64,000 bases of DNA from Anolis carolinensis (lineage: Eukaryota), in contig NC_085842.1 of NCBI RefSeq assembly GCF_035594765.1, forward strand, positions 8,927,256 to 8,991,255, read 5' to 3'. Both the position numbers and the translations under genes were made by a program. This document shows, piece by piece, positions 22,720 to 35,401 of this stretch. Each line of letters begins with the position of its first letter. The stretch's first letter is position 1. The notes under the pieces are model-generated. The model was not told the DNA's origin. It saw only the letters and a program-made list of their open reading frames with translations, and did not search any database.

Positions 22720-22977
22720 ACGTGCAGCTGGCCTTCTTCCAGGAGAGCTTCCCAGCAGGGACCGAGGTGGAGAGAGACGCGGGCGAGGGTCTGCAGGAGT
22801 TCGAGGGTGAGGCCGTCTTCCACGTGGACTGGGCCCAGAGGACCACCTCCTGGCGCCTCCCCGACTTCAGCACCTTCACCACTTTCCAGACAGCCGTGGC
22901 CCTGGGCAGCCTCTCCGTGGTCAAGCACAACCTGGAGTTCTTCATGGCGCACAGCAACCGGACGCGTGCCCAGAACG
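22720..22977 (+). CDS. MHC class II alpha exon 2 (alpha1 peptide-binding domain); 5' end hidden in a gap
   Basis: VQLAFFQES...EFEGEAVFHVDWAQRTTSWRLPDFSTFTTFQTAVALGSLSVVKHNLEFFMAHSNRTRAQN, with the class II alpha FHVD and WRLPxF motifs and an NRT sequon; donor G|GTACCC in phase 1. Confidence 0.93.
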
Positions 22978-23113
22978 GTACCCCTACCCCTCCCTTTGGC
23001 CAGAGTGAGGGTCCCCATCACCCAAGCCGGCCCTGACTGGGGGCAGGGCAGAGGCAACTGGTCCCGCTGAAGAGCTGGGGGAGCGGGGATGTGTTTAATA
23101 TGTAAATACTACA

Positions 23114-23927
23114 TGTTCTGTCACGCGCTGGGCCTGTAGCTATTGTCTTTGTAAAGGACGTATACTTTATGCCCAGCAGGAAGCCAGGGTGCCTCAAAGA
23201 GAGGTTCTTGGGGATTTTCCTGAAAAGGATAGTCCTTTGAGTCTTTAATACGATAACAAAGTCTTTATTATTGAACAAATAATAAATCTTCAAGGAGTCA
23301 AATAACACTTCAAGGTTTCCTAAATAAACTGTTGGCCTTTTCAGTCTTGTCCCCAGGGGACAGACAATTGGCTTTGGATAATTGTGCTTTCTCTATGAGA
23401 AGAAAATCCCCTTATAACCTCTCCCAGGCTGTCTATTATATGGGCCTGGCTGATGTGGGACCCACTACCGATTCCAAATGCGTCTGGGTATCGAGTGGAC
23501 CTACCAACCAAGGCTTGCAGATGTTTCAGCTGGGGTTCTGTGGATCTGTGGTGCTGTTCCCTCTCCGAGGTTTCTTTGGAAACTTTAGGGCTGTTTCCCT
23601 CAGGAGCTGTGAGGCTGAGGGGCTGTGAGCTCTTAGCCAGAACCTTTGGGACCTTTCCCCTGGAAGTTCTGTTTCTGATTCCTCGGACATTCTATATCCC
23701 CGGATGTTCTTGAGATATGAAGCTTTTCTATGGGACGAGCTGGTCTACGTCCTATAGCTTAGCTTCCTTAAGTGAGACTGAGTTAAAAATGGCTCCTTCC
23801 CTCCCAGAGCCCTGAACAAGGGGCGGAACCAAACTTAATGATGATGGACAGGCGGCCTGCCCTATGACTGCAAATATTAGCAGAAAGAAAATAAAGTTGG
23901 AGCTTCTGGTACAGCCGTACCAGCACA
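23114..23927 (-). mobile_element. Probable solo LTR
   Basis: TGTTCTG...CAGCACA imperfect inverted ends and a minus-strand AATAAA at about 23264; no TSD recognised. Confidence 0.4.
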
Positions 23928-24029
23928 CTTAATATTGACCAAAGACAAACTAACCCGTTTGGAGAAGTTTAGCCTTCCTTTTCAGCAGAACATTAGCAGA
24001 GCAAACAACGCAGATTGTTTTTTTCCCCG

Positions 24030-24245
24030 TGTCAGGAGCAACTTGAGATGGACAAGACGGAAAGTGTCCAGAGAAGGGCCACCAAAGTGGTCAAAGGTTT
24101 GGAAACCAAAGCCTCTGAAGAGTGTCTGAAGGAGCTGAGGATGTTTAGTTTGGACATGAGAGCCAGGTTTCACTCTCTGGAAGGATGTCCCATTGGGAGG
24201 AAGGATCAATCTAGTGTTTTGATGCTCCATGTAAACATTAGGAAC
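24030..24245 (+). mobile_element. Old CR1 fragment
   Basis: [15 protein letters not shown]...LKELRMFSL. Confidence 0.75.
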
Positions 24246-24590
24246 GAACAGAAGACCGAAGTGGGGATCAAAGGGAGCCCCTCTCTTTTATAACCTTTAA
24301 CTTCAAAGGGTAGTGTACATGGCCAACAGCATGACTGCCTTTCTAGAAGACCCCCAAAGCCCCATGCAAATGTTAATTGAGGGAACCATCAAACTAACAG
24401 GAAGGAAGTGAGGTAAAGACACAAACATGGAGACAAGCCACTTTAAATGCCTGCAAGATGGTTAGTTTCCCAAGAGGATGCACCGCTCCACCATCTGAAC
24501 ACCCGGGAGGAAAACGAGCCCCCTGAAACCCTACAAGAAAGCGAAATCTCTTGGCGTGTTTATGTTACAATGTTAAGGTCTCTCTAACCT

Positions 24591-24723
24591 CAGCATGGGC
24601 ACACTTTGCCCCTCCGGGTGTTTTGGACTTCAACTCCCACAATTCCTAACAGCCGGTAGGCTGTTAGGAATTGTGGGAGTTGGAGTCCAAAACACCCGGA
24701 GGGCCAAAGTGTGCCCATGCCTG
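24591..24723. mobile_element. Palindromic (foldback) MITE
   Basis: Near-perfect inverted repeat of about 63 bp around a short loop at about 24655. Confidence 0.85.
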
Positions 24724-24769
24724 TTCCAAACATTTGGCCAGAGAAGAAAAAGCTCATCTGCTTGAATTA

Positions 24770-24917
24770 CCGTATTTACTAGAGCCTAATGCACCTCCAT
24801 TTTCAAAACCCTGAAACTCAAAAAGGTATTTAACATATTACGCGCACCTAATGCACACCCTATTTTTTGAAGGTAATTTAATCAAAAAAGGTGAGCATTA
24901 GAATGGAGTAAATACGG
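24770..24917. mobile_element. Tc2/pogo-type MITE
   Basis: TA-CCGTATTTACT ... AGTAAATACGG-TA. Confidence 0.8.
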
Positions 24918-24991
24918 TAATTTTGACCCAAATTAACATAACACCAGCAGAGTGAGAAAAAAGACAACACAGCGGAAGTGAGCTGATGGTA

Positions 24992-26002
24992 CAGTAGAGT
25001 CTCACTTATCCAAGCTAAACGGGCCGGCAGAAGCTTGGATAAGCGAATATCTTGGATAATAAGGAGGGATTAAGGAAAAGCCTATTAAACATCAAATTAG
25101 GTTATGATTTTACAAATTAAGCACCAAAACATCATGTTAGACAACAAATTTGACAGAAAAAGCAGTTCAATATGCAGTAATGTTATGTTGTAATTACTGT
25201 ATTTATGAATTTAGCACCAAAATATCACGATATATTGAAAACATTGACTACAAAAATGGCTTGGATAATCTAGAGCAGGGGTCCCCAAACTAAGGCCCGG
25301 GGGCCGGATGCGGCCCTCCGAGGTCATTTACCTAGCCCCCACCCTCAGTTTTATAATATAATATATTGTATATACATATAATGTTAATAATAATATTATG
25401 ATGTAATACAATATAACACTAAAAATAATACCATATAATAATATTAATTACATATTCTATATTACATATAATATTACTAATAATATTACAGTATAGTGGT
25501 ATAGTTCAATATAGTAATATATAATGTTAATATTGTGCTATGCTAATAATATAATATATTGTATGTACATATAATTTGTAAGCCACTCTGAGTCCCCTTT
25601 GGGGTGAGAAGGGTGTGATACAAATGTAGTAAATAAATGCAGTAAATAAATAATAAATAAATTTTAGACTTAGGCTCACCCAAAGTCTGAAATGACTTGA
25701 AGACACACAACAACAACAACAACAACCCTAATTAACTTGACTATCTCATTGGCCAGAAGCAGGACCACACTTCCCATTGAAATCCTGATAAATGTATGTT
25801 GGTTAAAATTGTTTTTATTTTTAAATATTGTATTGTTCTTTCATTGTTGTTGTTTTTGCACTACAAATAAGACATATGCAGTGTGCATCGGAATTCGTTT
25901 GTATTTTTTTCAAATGATAATCCGGCCCCTCTACAGTCTGAAGGATTGTGGACCGGCCCTCGGCTTAAAAAGTTTGAGGACCCCTGATCTAGAGGCTTGG
26001 AT
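24992..26002. mobile_element. pogo/Tigger-like MITE lacking its right TIR, with a nested hAT MITE (25276-25986)
   Basis: Left TIR at 24992; hAT TIRs CAGGGGTCCCCAAACT / AGTTTGAGGACCCCTG with TSD ATCTAGAG (25268-25275, 25987-25994); host MITE resumes GCTTGGAT and then breaks into MHC coding sequence. Confidence 0.9.
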
Positions 26003-26162
26003 GAGGTGGTCTCTGAGGGGGTGGAGGAGACGAGCTTCCTCCCAAATGCAGACAACACCTTCCACAAATTCTCCTACCTGCCCTTCGTCCCAGCAGACAG
26101 GGATCTCTACACCTGCCGAGTGGAGCACTGGGGGCTTGAAGGGCCCCTGACCCAGACCTGGG
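26003..26162 (+). pseudogene. MHC class II alpha exon 3 (alpha2 C1-set Ig domain), 3' half only
   Basis: [53 protein letters not shown], donor G|GTAAGT in phase 1; first Ig cysteine and conserved Trp absent. Confidence 0.92.
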
Positions 26163-27293
26163 GTAAGTCAAAGAATCCTAGAGCTGGAAGAGACCTCATG
26201 GGCCATCCAGTCCAACCCCCTGCCAAGAAGCAGGAAATCACAATCATGTGTGGGTGTGATTCAAAAAACCATCAGCTCCGCACCACCCTGATTTATTGGT
26301 GATCCAGGCCTCTCACCAATACATCCTCAGTCAGACTGCTTGCCGTTTGGAAAAGCAGCACCGACAAACGACACCTCAGTCGTTAATCAGCTGCATATAT
26401 ACAACTATTTACAAGTTACTGAGTCCACAGCTCATAGGACTCATGCTCTCTCCTTGCCAATCAGCAAAGCACACACACGCTGCCGCTAGCAGCACATTCC
26501 ACAGCAGAATGATGAACGTCCTCTCAGACCAGAAGTCACGACCTATTGGCTCGGCAGGCTATCACTCAAACTTAAATTAAGTTAACACTTAAATTGCTGG
26601 AACACATGTCCGGTATACACAGTTGCAAACAGTAAAAAACACTTGATTCATCATTTCACTCTTACCCCCAAAAATGCACCAACAATTCAAAGCACCCCTA
26701 ACAGATGGCCATCCAGCCTCCAAGGAAGGAGCCTCCACCACACTCCCTCCGGGGCAAAGAGTTCCACTGCTCCCTTTCAGCAGTATCCAGTCCCCTCCTT
26801 CCTTATGTTTAGAATTAGAGATCAAGATTCTGAAAGCCCCTCTGGTCTGAGACTGAGATGATATTAGGTCCACCGGCATTATTACTATAGTTGTTCTGCG
26901 TGGTCTAGCCGTGGCGTCAGGGAGACACTCCCCTTTCAGTTTTAGAAAGTATTCGGATTCATTTGTATTTTAAAGTTTTGCTTAAGGTGTAGGAAATTCT
27001 ATTTTTGGATATTATTTTTAGAGCAGGACAAGGAAAAGGTAGCCTGTGGTGTGAACACAGGTCTGACCCCAACAGAGAGGGAAAATGAAGAATACCATTT
27101 ATTGGCAATTTCCATCCTCAAACACCCAAAACTTGGGGGAAATATTTTCCCAACCACATAAGAACTCCAACCTAGTCTCCTCACCCCCAATATATTGTTT
27201 TTTACTCTTTAGAAAAAAGTTTAAAACCTGACTCTTCCAGTGCGCCTTTGAATAGTCAGTCCCCACAACAAACCCTACCTAAGGGAAAATCAC

Positions 27294-27350
<57 letters not shown>

Positions 27351-28800
27351 CTTTATTTATACCCCGCCACCATCTCCCCAATGGGGACTCGGGGCGGCTT
27401 ACGTGGGGCCATGCCCAGAACAATACAATATAACAAAATATAATAGAACAACAAATCATAGCATATTAAACAACACAATCAAAGAATATATACACTACAT
27501 TAAACAAGATCAAAGAACAATAAAACCAAGGGCGGGCCACATGAACACTAGATTAAAACTCGAGGTGAGAAAGGAAGTAGGAGTAAAAACCACAGAGGAC
27601 AGGATCATAAAGTGGCGGTGCGATCTGGAGGACAAATATTGAAGGAGAGCAGCAAAAGGGATGTATGTAGTGATTACTCTCCAAAGGCACAACGGAAGAG
27701 CCATGTTTTCAGGTCTTTCTTAAAGGCTGCTAGTGTGGGGGCTTGCCTAATCTCACCGGGCAGTGAGTTCCACAATCGGGGGGCCACAGCAGAGAAGGCC
27801 CTCTCCCTTGTTCCCAGTTCCTGGCAGTGGTGACAGGAGAGCTTCCCCTGACGATCGAAGGGATCGGGCAGGTTTATGATAGGAGATACGGTCACGAAGG
27901 TAGGTGGGTCCCAAACCATTTAGGGCTTTATATGTGATGGTATACACCTTGAATTGGGACCGGAAAATAAACGGCAGCCAGTGGAGCTCCTTGAACAAGG
28001 GAGTGGATCTCTCCCTGTAACTCGCCCCAATTATTAGTCTGGCCGCCGACCGCTGGACCAGTTGTAATTTCCGGGCCGTCTTCAAGGGAAGCCCCTGTCC
28101 AGCTCCCTGCGGAGGTCATCCACCAAGGCGACCAAAGCCGTCTCAGTACTGTGCCCAGGCCTGAAGCCAGACTGCGAGCGGTCCAGAAAATCAGTGTCAT
28201 CGAGGAACTCCTGGAGCTGCGTGGCAACCACCCGCTCCAGAACCTTGCCCAGAAACGGGAGGTTGGAGATTGGTCTGTAGCTGTTACATACAGATGGGTC
28301 CAGGGGGGTCTTTTTAAATAGCGGTTTTACCACCGCCTGCTTAAAGCAGGATGGAACTGACCCCTGACCCAAGGAGGCATTTATAATAGCCACAAACCAA
28401 TCCAACAACCCATCTTTGGCCAGCTTAACCAGCCAAGAAGGACAAGGATCCAGAGCGCAAGTGGTCGCCCTCACAGACCCAAGAATCCCCTCCACGTCAT
28501 CAGGAAGAACAAGCCGGAAAGAATCCCACAAAATCGGACAGACAGGTACCTCGGTTACCTCCGCTGGAACTACAGTTAAGCTGGAGTCCAACTCATGGCG
28601 TATCTGAGCAACTTTGCATGCAAAATGGTGCGCGAAATCGCTGCATCTAGTTGCCAAGTCATCAGGAAGCCCCTGGGTCTCAGAGGGATGCAGGAGCTCC
28701 CCAACAACTCATAGAATCATAGAATCATAGAATAGTAGAGTTGGAAGAGACCTCATAGGCCATCTAGTCCAACCCCCCGCTAAGAAGCAGGAAATCGCAT

Positions 28801-31536
28801 TCAAAGCACCCCCGACAGATGGCCATCCAGCCTCTGCTTAAAAGCCTCCAAAGAAGGAGCCTCCACCACGGCCCGGGGGAGAGAGTTCCACTGCCGAACA
28901 GCCCTCACAGTGAGGAAGTTCTTCCTGATGTTCAGGTGGAATCTCCTTTCCTGTAGTTTGAAGCCATTGTTCCGTGTCCTAGTCTGCAGGGCAGCAGAAA
29001 ATAAGCTTGCTCCCTCCTCCCTATGACTTCCCCTCACATATTTGTACATGGCTATCATGTCTCCTCTCAGCCTTCTCTTCTGCAGGCTAAACATGCCCAG
29101 CTCTTTAAGCCTCTCCTCATAGGGCTTGTTCTCCAGACCCTTAATCATTTTAGTTGCCCTCCTCTGGACGCTTTCCAGCTTGTCAGCATCTCCCTTCATC
29201 TGCGGTGCCCAAAACTGGACACAGTATTCCAGGTGTGGTCTGACCAAGGCAGAATAGAGGGGGAGCATGACTTCCCTGGATCTAGACGTTATTCCCCTAT
29301 TGATGCAGGCCAAAATCCCATTGGCTTTTTTAGGTGCCGCATCACATTGTAGGCTCATGTTTAACTTGTTGTCCACGAGGACTCCAAGATCTTTTTCGCA
29401 CACACTGCTGTCAAGCCAGGCGTCCCCCATTCTGTATCTTTGATTTCCATTTTTTCTGCCGAAGTGAAGTATCTTGCATTTGTCCCTGTTGAACTTCATT
29501 TTGTTAGTTTCGGCCCATCTCTCTAGTCTGTCAAGATCGTTTTGAATTCTGCTCCTGTCTTCTGGAGTGTTAGCTATCCCTCCGAGTTTGGTGTCATCTG
29601 CAAACTTGATGATCGTGCCTTCTAACCCTTCGTCTAAGTCGTTAATAAAGATGTTGAACAGAACCGGGCCCAGGACGGAGCCCTGCGGCACTCCACTTGT
29701 CACTTCTTTCCATGATGAAGACGACGCATTGGTGAGCACCCTTTGGGTTCGTTCGCTTAGCCAATTACAGATCCACCTAACCGTAGTTTTGTCTAGCCCA
29801 CATTTTACTAGTTTGTTTGCCAGAAGGTCGTGGGGGACTTTGTCGAAGGCCTTACTGAAATCTAGATATGCTACATCCACGGCATTCCCTGTATCGACCC
29901 AACTCGTAACTCTATCGAAAAAAGAGATCAGATTAGTCTGGCATGACTTGTTTTTGGTAAATCCGTGTTGACTATTAGCAATGACCGCATTTGTTTCTAA
30001 GTGTTTGCAGACCACTTCCTTAATGATCTTTTCCAGAATCTTGCCTGGTATTGATGTGAGGCTGACCGGACGGTAATTGTTTGGGTCGTTCTTTTTTCCC
30101 TTCTTGAAGATAGGGACCACATTCGCCCTCCTCCAATCTGCTGGGACTTCTCCTGTTCTCCAAGAACTCTCGAAGATGATTGCCAGTGGTTCTGAAATAA
30201 CTTCCGCTAGTTCCTTCAATACTCTTGGATGTAGCTGATCTGGCCCTGGGGACTTGAATTCGTTTAGAGTGGCCAGGTGTTCCTGGACAACTTGTTTCCC
30301 TATTTGGGGTTGGATTTCCCCCAATCCTTCGTCCATTCCATGTTGCTGAGGTTGAAGATGGCTTTCTTTTTGTGAGAAGACCGAGGCAAAGAAGGCATTA
30401 AGCAGTTCTGCCTTTTCCCTATCCCCTGTCACCATCACCCCATCTACTCCTTGCAGTGGCCCTATCGCCTCCTTTTTCTTCCTTTTTCTACCAACATAAG
30501 CAAAAAAACCTTTTTTGTTGTTTTTTATGTCCCTGGCAAGCCTGAGCTCATTTTGCGCTTTAGCCTTGCGAACCTTTTCCCTACAGGAGTTGGCTATACG
30601 TTTGAATTCTTCTTTGGTGATTTCTCCCCTTTTCCACTTCTTGTGCATGTCACTTTTGAGCTTTAGCTCAGTTAGAAGTTCTTTGGACATCCATTCTGGC
30701 TTCTTTGCACTTGTCTTATTTTTCTTCTTTGTTGGCACTGTTTGCATTTGCGCCTTGAGTATTTCACTTTTGAAAAACTCCCATCCATCCTTAACTCCCT
30801 TGTTTTTTAATATCGGCGTCCATGGAATGCCGCTCAGTAATTCCTTCATTTTTTGGAAGTCAGCTCTCTTAAAGTCCAGAATGCGTGTTTGACTTGTCTT
30901 AGTTTCAGCATTCCTTTGTATTGCAAACTGCAGGAGCACATGGTCACTTGCCCCTAAGGATCCAACCACTTCAACTGTATTGATCAGGTCTTCCACATTT
31001 GTTAAGATTAGATCAAGAGTTGCTGATCCCCTTGTTGCCTCTTCTACCTTCTGGACCATAAAATTATCTGCAAGGCAAGTGAGGAATTTGTTGGACTTTG
31101 TACTCTTGGCTGAGTTTGTTTTCCAGCAGATATCGGGATAATTGAAATCGCCCATGACTACTATATCTCTTCTTTGTGCCTGTTTGGTCAGCTGTTGACA
31201 GAAGGCTTCATCAAGTCCTTCATCCTGACTCGGAGGTCTGTAGTAGACACCCACAACAAGATCTTTTTGAGTCCCGGTTCCCTTGATTCTTATCCAGATG
31301 CTTTCAAGCTGGTTTCCCGGATTACAGTCTTGCATTTCTTCTGCAACGTAACTGTTTTTGACATATAAAGCTACTCCCCCTCCTCTCCCCTTTGTTCTAT
31401 TTCTGTGAAAGAGGTTATAGCCCTCAATGGTTAAATTCCAGTGATGGGAGTCATCCCACCAGGTTTCAGTGATGCCTATGACATCGTATGTGTGGTGCTG
31501 TGCTAGGAGTTGGAGTTCGTCTTGCTTATTTCCCAT
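28801..31536 (-). CDS. CR1 ORF2 (APE endonuclease and reverse transcriptase)
   Basis: 911 aa open; [35 protein letters not shown]. Confidence 0.95.
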   Translation of the reverse strand: MGNKQDELQLLAQHHTYDVIGITETWWDDSHHWNLTIEGYNLFHRNRTKGRGGGVALYVKNSYVAEEMQDCNPGNQLESIWIRIKGTGTQKDLVVGVYYRPPSQDEGLDEAFCQQLTKQAQRRDIVVMGDFNYPDICWKTNSAKSTKSNKFLTCLADNFMVQKVEEATRGSATLDLILTNVEDLINTVEVVGSLGASDHVLLQFAIQRNAETKTSQTRILDFKRADFQKMKELLSGIPWTPILKNKGVKDGWEFFKSEILKAQMQTVPTKKKNKTSAKKPEWMSKELLTELKLKSDMHKKWKRGEITKEEFKRIANSCREKVRKAKAQNELRLARDIKNNKKGFFAYVGRKRKKKEAIGPLQGVDGVMVTGDREKAELLNAFFASVFSQKESHLQPQQHGMDEGLGEIQPQIGKQVVQEHLATLNEFKSPGPDQLHPRVLKELAEVISEPLAIIFESSWRTGEVPADWRRANVVPIFKKGKKNDPNNYRPVSLTSIPGKILEKIIKEVVCKHLETNAVIANSQHGFTKNKSCQTNLISFFDRVTSWVDTGNAVDVAYLDFSKAFDKVPHDLLANKLVKCGLDKTTVRWICNWLSERTQRVLTNASSSSWKEVTSGVPQGSVLGPVLFNIFINDLDEGLEGTIIKFADDTKLGGIANTPEDRSRIQNDLDRLERWAETNKMKFNRDKCKILHFGRKNGNQRYRMGDAWLDSSVCEKDLGVLVDNKLNMSLQCDAAPKKANGILACINRGITSRSREVMLPLYSALVRPHLEYCVQFWAPQMKGDADKLESVQRRATKMIKGLENKPYEERLKELGMFSLQKRRLRGDMIAMYKYVRGSHREEGASLFSAALQTRTRNNGFKLQERRFHLNIRKNFLTVRAVRQWNSLPRAVVEAPSLEAFKQRLDGHLSGVL

Positions 31537-31727
31537 GCTCTGAGCATTAGTGTAAAGACATGTAAGCCCCTGTGACCTCCCCTCGAACTGTTTATTTGGG
31601 ATTATTGTGCTCTCTGTACTTGGTCCTTGCTGTGTTTGTGCAGCCCTCCGTTTAGCCTTACGGCGGTTCCCTGTGGTCGTGGGTAATATAGTGTTCGCCA
31701 GGCTGTTGTTCCCCTCCCCCAGTGGAT

Positions 31728-32990
31728 TTAGTTTAAAGTGCGCCTGATGAGGTTTGTGAGTCTGTGTGCAAAAAGATGTTTTCCTACTTGTGTGAGATGC
31801 ACCCCATCGCTTGCCAGTAGTCCATCCTCTTGGAAGAGTAGACCATGGTCAAGGAAGCCAAAATGCTCCTCTTGACACCATTTTCTGAGCCAGTTATTGA
31901 CCTGTACTATTTTTCCGGCCCTTGTAGAGCCATGTCCTACAACGGGGAGGAGGGATGAAAAGATCACATGTACATTATACAGTTTTAGCTTTGTTCCCAG
32001 AGCTCGAAAATCATTTGTGATCTTTTGAAAAGTATGCCTAGCGGTGTCATTGGTACCTACATGAATCAACATAAGGTGGGGAGGGTGATGGGGCTTTAGG
32101 AGCCTGCTGAGCCTCTGAGTGATATGGTGTATTTTTGCCCCCGGGAGGCAGCATGTTTCTCGAGCCATCCCATCCGGTCTGGAAATGATGGCTTCCGTTC
32201 CTCTAAGGAGGGAGTCACCTACTACCAAGACCTGTTTCCTTTGAGGATTGACAGGGTCCCTTTTGTGCAAGACAGTGTGTATGTCCCCTGAAGAGTGTTC
32301 CTGTTGAAGTGAATCATGTAGGTGTAAAGTGTTGTCCTCCTCCTCAACATCCCCAGTGCATTCATCAATGACAATCCATTGAGATACATCCGAGAGCCCA
32401 TTACTCTCCCAAGGATGTTCCTGTTGCTCCTGGTCTATGATTGGGGATGGAGCATTTGCATGATTACATAAGTGTGACTGTGGTGATGCACTGTCCCCGT
32501 CAGGGCTATCCCCTGCGCATTGATCCAGGATGGTCCACTGAGTGGTATCTAAGAAACTGTGGTCCTCCACAAGATGTGTTTCCTGATTGTATGTTAATGA
32601 TGTAAGAATTTCAAATCTGTTGTGTAAATGCAGCTGAGCAGAGGAGTTCTGCGGAGGCTGCCTGGTCCTGCGTCTCCTTCTATGGGTGACCTCCTTCCAA
32701 GCCTGAGGGTTGTCTACCTTTGAGTTGATCTCCCCATAAGGTTCCTGATCATGGTCTTGGTGGTGTTGGTGTGATGCAGGCTGCTGATCTACAGCAGCGT
32801 GTTGTGCAGTGTCCAAGAAGAGCTCGAGTGCCTGAATGTCCTTAAGGGTCTTAATACGGTGCTCGAGCTGTTGGATCCTCTGCTCCATCAGAGTCATCTG
32901 TTTGCATTTGGAGCAGATGTAGTTGTCTAGTTTTTGTGTGAAAAAGCGGAACATGCCACAGCTGGTGCATGTGATGGGAATGTTTTGCTT
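31728..32990 (-). CDS. CR1 ORF1 (zinc finger, coiled coil, SGNH esterase)
   Basis: CTSC...CSKC, heptad segment [32 protein letters not shown]; extreme 5' end truncated. Confidence 0.9.
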   Translation of the reverse strand, partial: KQNIPITCTSCGMFRFFTQKLDNYICSKCKQMTLMEQRIQQLEHRIKTLKDIQALELFLDTAQHAAVDQQPASHQHHQDHDQEPYGEINSKVDNPQAWKEVTHRRRRRTRQPPQNSSAQLHLHNRFEILTSLTYNQETHLVEDHSFLDTTQWTILDQCAGDSPDGDSASPQSHLCNHANAPSPIIDQEQQEHPWESNGLSDVSQWIVIDECTGDVEEEDNTLHLHDSLQQEHSSGDIHTVLHKRDPVNPQRKQVLVVGDSLLRGTEAIISRPDGMARETCCLPGAKIHHITQRLSRLLKPHHPPHLMLIHVGTNDTARHTFQKITNDFRALGTKLKLYNVHVIFSSLLPVVGHGSTRAGKIVQVNNWLRKWCQEEHFGFLDHGLLFQEDGLLASDGVHLTQVGKHLFAHRLTNLIRRTLN

Positions 32991-34764
32991 TTGTAACTCG
33001 GAACAACTTCGATGGCCTGTTGGCCGCAGACGCTATGCGGGCAGTCGTGAAAGCTTTCCTGGCTGCTCGCAAAGCCACGGAGTAAGCCCTAATAGCGGCT
33101 TTAGCCCGTGCTTGGTCAGACACATCCTGAGATTTCCTCCAGATGCACTCTAGTCCCCTCCTCGCACGCTTCATCACAGCCAGCTCCTCAGTGAACCAAG
33201 GAGTCGACGTGACTCTACGCAGCGAGAGGGGACGTTCGGGAGCAATCGTGTCAAGTGCCCTTGTCAGCTCACTATTATAGTGCTCAGCCAGGACATCGAC
33301 AGGATCTCCAGTCTCCAGAACAGGAAGATCCCCAAGAGACTTCAGGAGTCCATCCGGATCCATCAGCCTCCTGGGGCGGACCATCTTAGTGGGTCCACCA
33401 CCCCTGCCGAGGTTAGAAGACACGGCGAAACTTAAACAGATCAGATGATGGTCAGACCATGACAATGGAAGAATATTTTGCTCTTCCACTCTGACTGTCC
33501 CACCGTCCACAATAAAGACAAGGTCCAGCATGTGTCCCGCCTGATGTGTAGGCCCAGATATAACTTGAGTCAGCCCCATGGTCGTCATGGCAACCATGAA
33601 ATCCTGAGCTGCACCTGTCAATGTGGTCTCGGCATGGATGTTAAAGTCTCCCAAAACTATGAGTTGTTGGGAGACCAGGGCCGAATTGGAGACCACTTCT
33701 GCTAGCTCAGACAGAGAGACTGCTGGGTCGCGGGGTGGACGGTACACCAGCAGAATCCCCAAGCTGTCTCGGGCTCCCACCTTCAGGAAGACACACTCGA
33801 ACCTTGAAGATTGCGGAACGGCGCATCTGATCAGGGCAATGGACTGCCGAAAGATCACTGCGACTCCTCCTCCCCGCCCCCCAGCCCTGGCCTGCTGATG
33901 CACCCCGAAACCTGGTGGGCACAACTGGGTGAGATTCACCCCACCCAGCTCGTCCAACCACGTCTCGGTGATGCATGCCAGATCCGCCCCCTCATCCAGG
34001 ATCAAATCCTGAATGACAGCTGTCTTACCGTTGACGGATCTGGCGTTCAAAAGCAGAACCTTAAGACCAGGGGGTCTGTCATGGAGACTACCACACCTAG
34101 GGTCGCAAGAACCCGTTGCGCTTCTCCCTGGGCAGCAAGTGACCGATCTTCCTCCTCCCCCACACCACCTCGATGGTGCCCCACCCGTGTGACCCCTCTT
34201 TCCCCTGGTGGATTGGCTGATTGAGGTTGCCTTCTGAAGGGGTTAGTCAGCTGTCCAAAGATGGAGAGCCTCCAAATGTACTTGTTTGTCTAGGGAAAGA
34301 GCCCATCTCCACTGGTCGGAGAGAAAAGGAATCATCTGACATGGAGTCATCTGACGTGGAAAGGGGACTGAACAAGGGGACTGTGGGCAGGATTGCACTT
34401 TATTCTGCTCCTTTGTGGGAAATAACTTGACTTCTTACCCACTCCAAATCTCTCTGAGAACACTTTAGCACTTTGTCCATTCACGCTCCCTACTGGTATT
34501 ACAATACATATCTTTGCACTTTGCACCCACCCACCCCCATTTTATTCACTTTGCCATTAAATGGTGGGCTTTGTATTTTGTCATTTTATTATTGCACTAT
34601 ATTGCGTTATTGTGGTTTTAATGTGTTTTTATTGTTTGAAGATGCTGTCTATACATGTATTTTATTTTACTTATTGTTTGTTTTTTGGGCTTGGCCCTGT
34701 GTTAGCCGCCCCGAGTCCCTGTGGGGAGATGGAGGCAGGATAGAAAAATAAATTATTATTATTT

Positions 34765-35232
34765 ATTCTAACAACTATCATGTCAGACTACACAGAGAAG
34801 CCATTGAAATCCACAAGCATGTGGACAACTTCAACAGAAAGGAAGAAACCATGAAAATGAACAAAATCTGGCTACCAGTATTACAAAACTCCAAAATCAA
34901 AACAGTAGATGGGAACCAACACAATGAGGACTTGACTGAACAAAGGATGCCCCCAGGCAAGGGACAAAACATTTCCAGTGCCAATTAGGGTGATTAACTG
35001 AAACATTAATGCTGGCTCCCAGTGACAAAGAACTCTTGCCACACCTTGGACTCTACACAGATATATATTCTTTCCTTTCCTGACTTAGTTTATCCATACC
35101 TCACAACCTCTGAGGATGCCTGCCATAGATGTGGGCGAAACGTCAGGAGAGAATGCTTCTGGAACATGGCCACACAGCCCGAAAGACATACAACAACCCT
35201 GTGATTCTGGCCATGAAAGCCTTCGACAACAT
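34765..35232 (+). mobile_element. Penelope 3' fragment with intact hammerhead (35107-35147), following an L2 tail
   Basis: Matches 16605-17050; cctctgaggatgcctgccatagatgtgggcgaaacgtcagg. Confidence 0.88.
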
Positions 35233-35255
35233 ATTATTTATTATTATTTATTATT

Positions 35256-35401
35256 ATGACACAGCAAACAAGACAGATATGCTGGATTTCGTATCACAAA
35301 ATCACAAGTCGAACACTTCCCAAGTGTCTAGGACTGTGTGATGTATTTTCGGATGATGCGTGCAGATCCCAGTCGGGTGGCCTTTTGCAGTTGGCAGATC
35401 G
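35256..35401 (-). mobile_element. Short R4/Dong 3' end in (TTA)n
   Basis: Reverse complement of 1640-1779; (tta)n on both sides. Confidence 0.88.

Larger units (their letters stand above)
28711..32994 (-). mobile_element. Near-full-length young CR1 LINE
   Basis: Uninterrupted ORF1 and ORF2, (ATTCTATG)n tail, AACTC duplicated at 28706-28710 and 32995-32999. Confidence 0.97.
27295..34430 (-). mobile_element. L2 LINE with internal RT deletion, split by CR1
   Basis: APE domain (NARS, CITETW, GDFN, SDH) at 33000-34050; YRPISNLPFLGK at 28082-28657; junction LRRELDRG/LPLKTARK at about 28093; (TAA)n tail at 27295-27350. Confidence 0.92.

Noticed and set aside
24738-24770. PEKKKLICLNY as the missing 5' half of the alpha2 exon
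   Set aside because: Only LIC matches; no flanking Ig residues (GEPN, FxPP, TW) and no acceptor.
25988-25996. Cryptic acceptor in the hAT TSD rescuing exon 3
   Set aside because: The TAG acceptor is out of frame. The in-frame one is a rare GAG without a pyrimidine tract, and the product would still be half an Ig domain.
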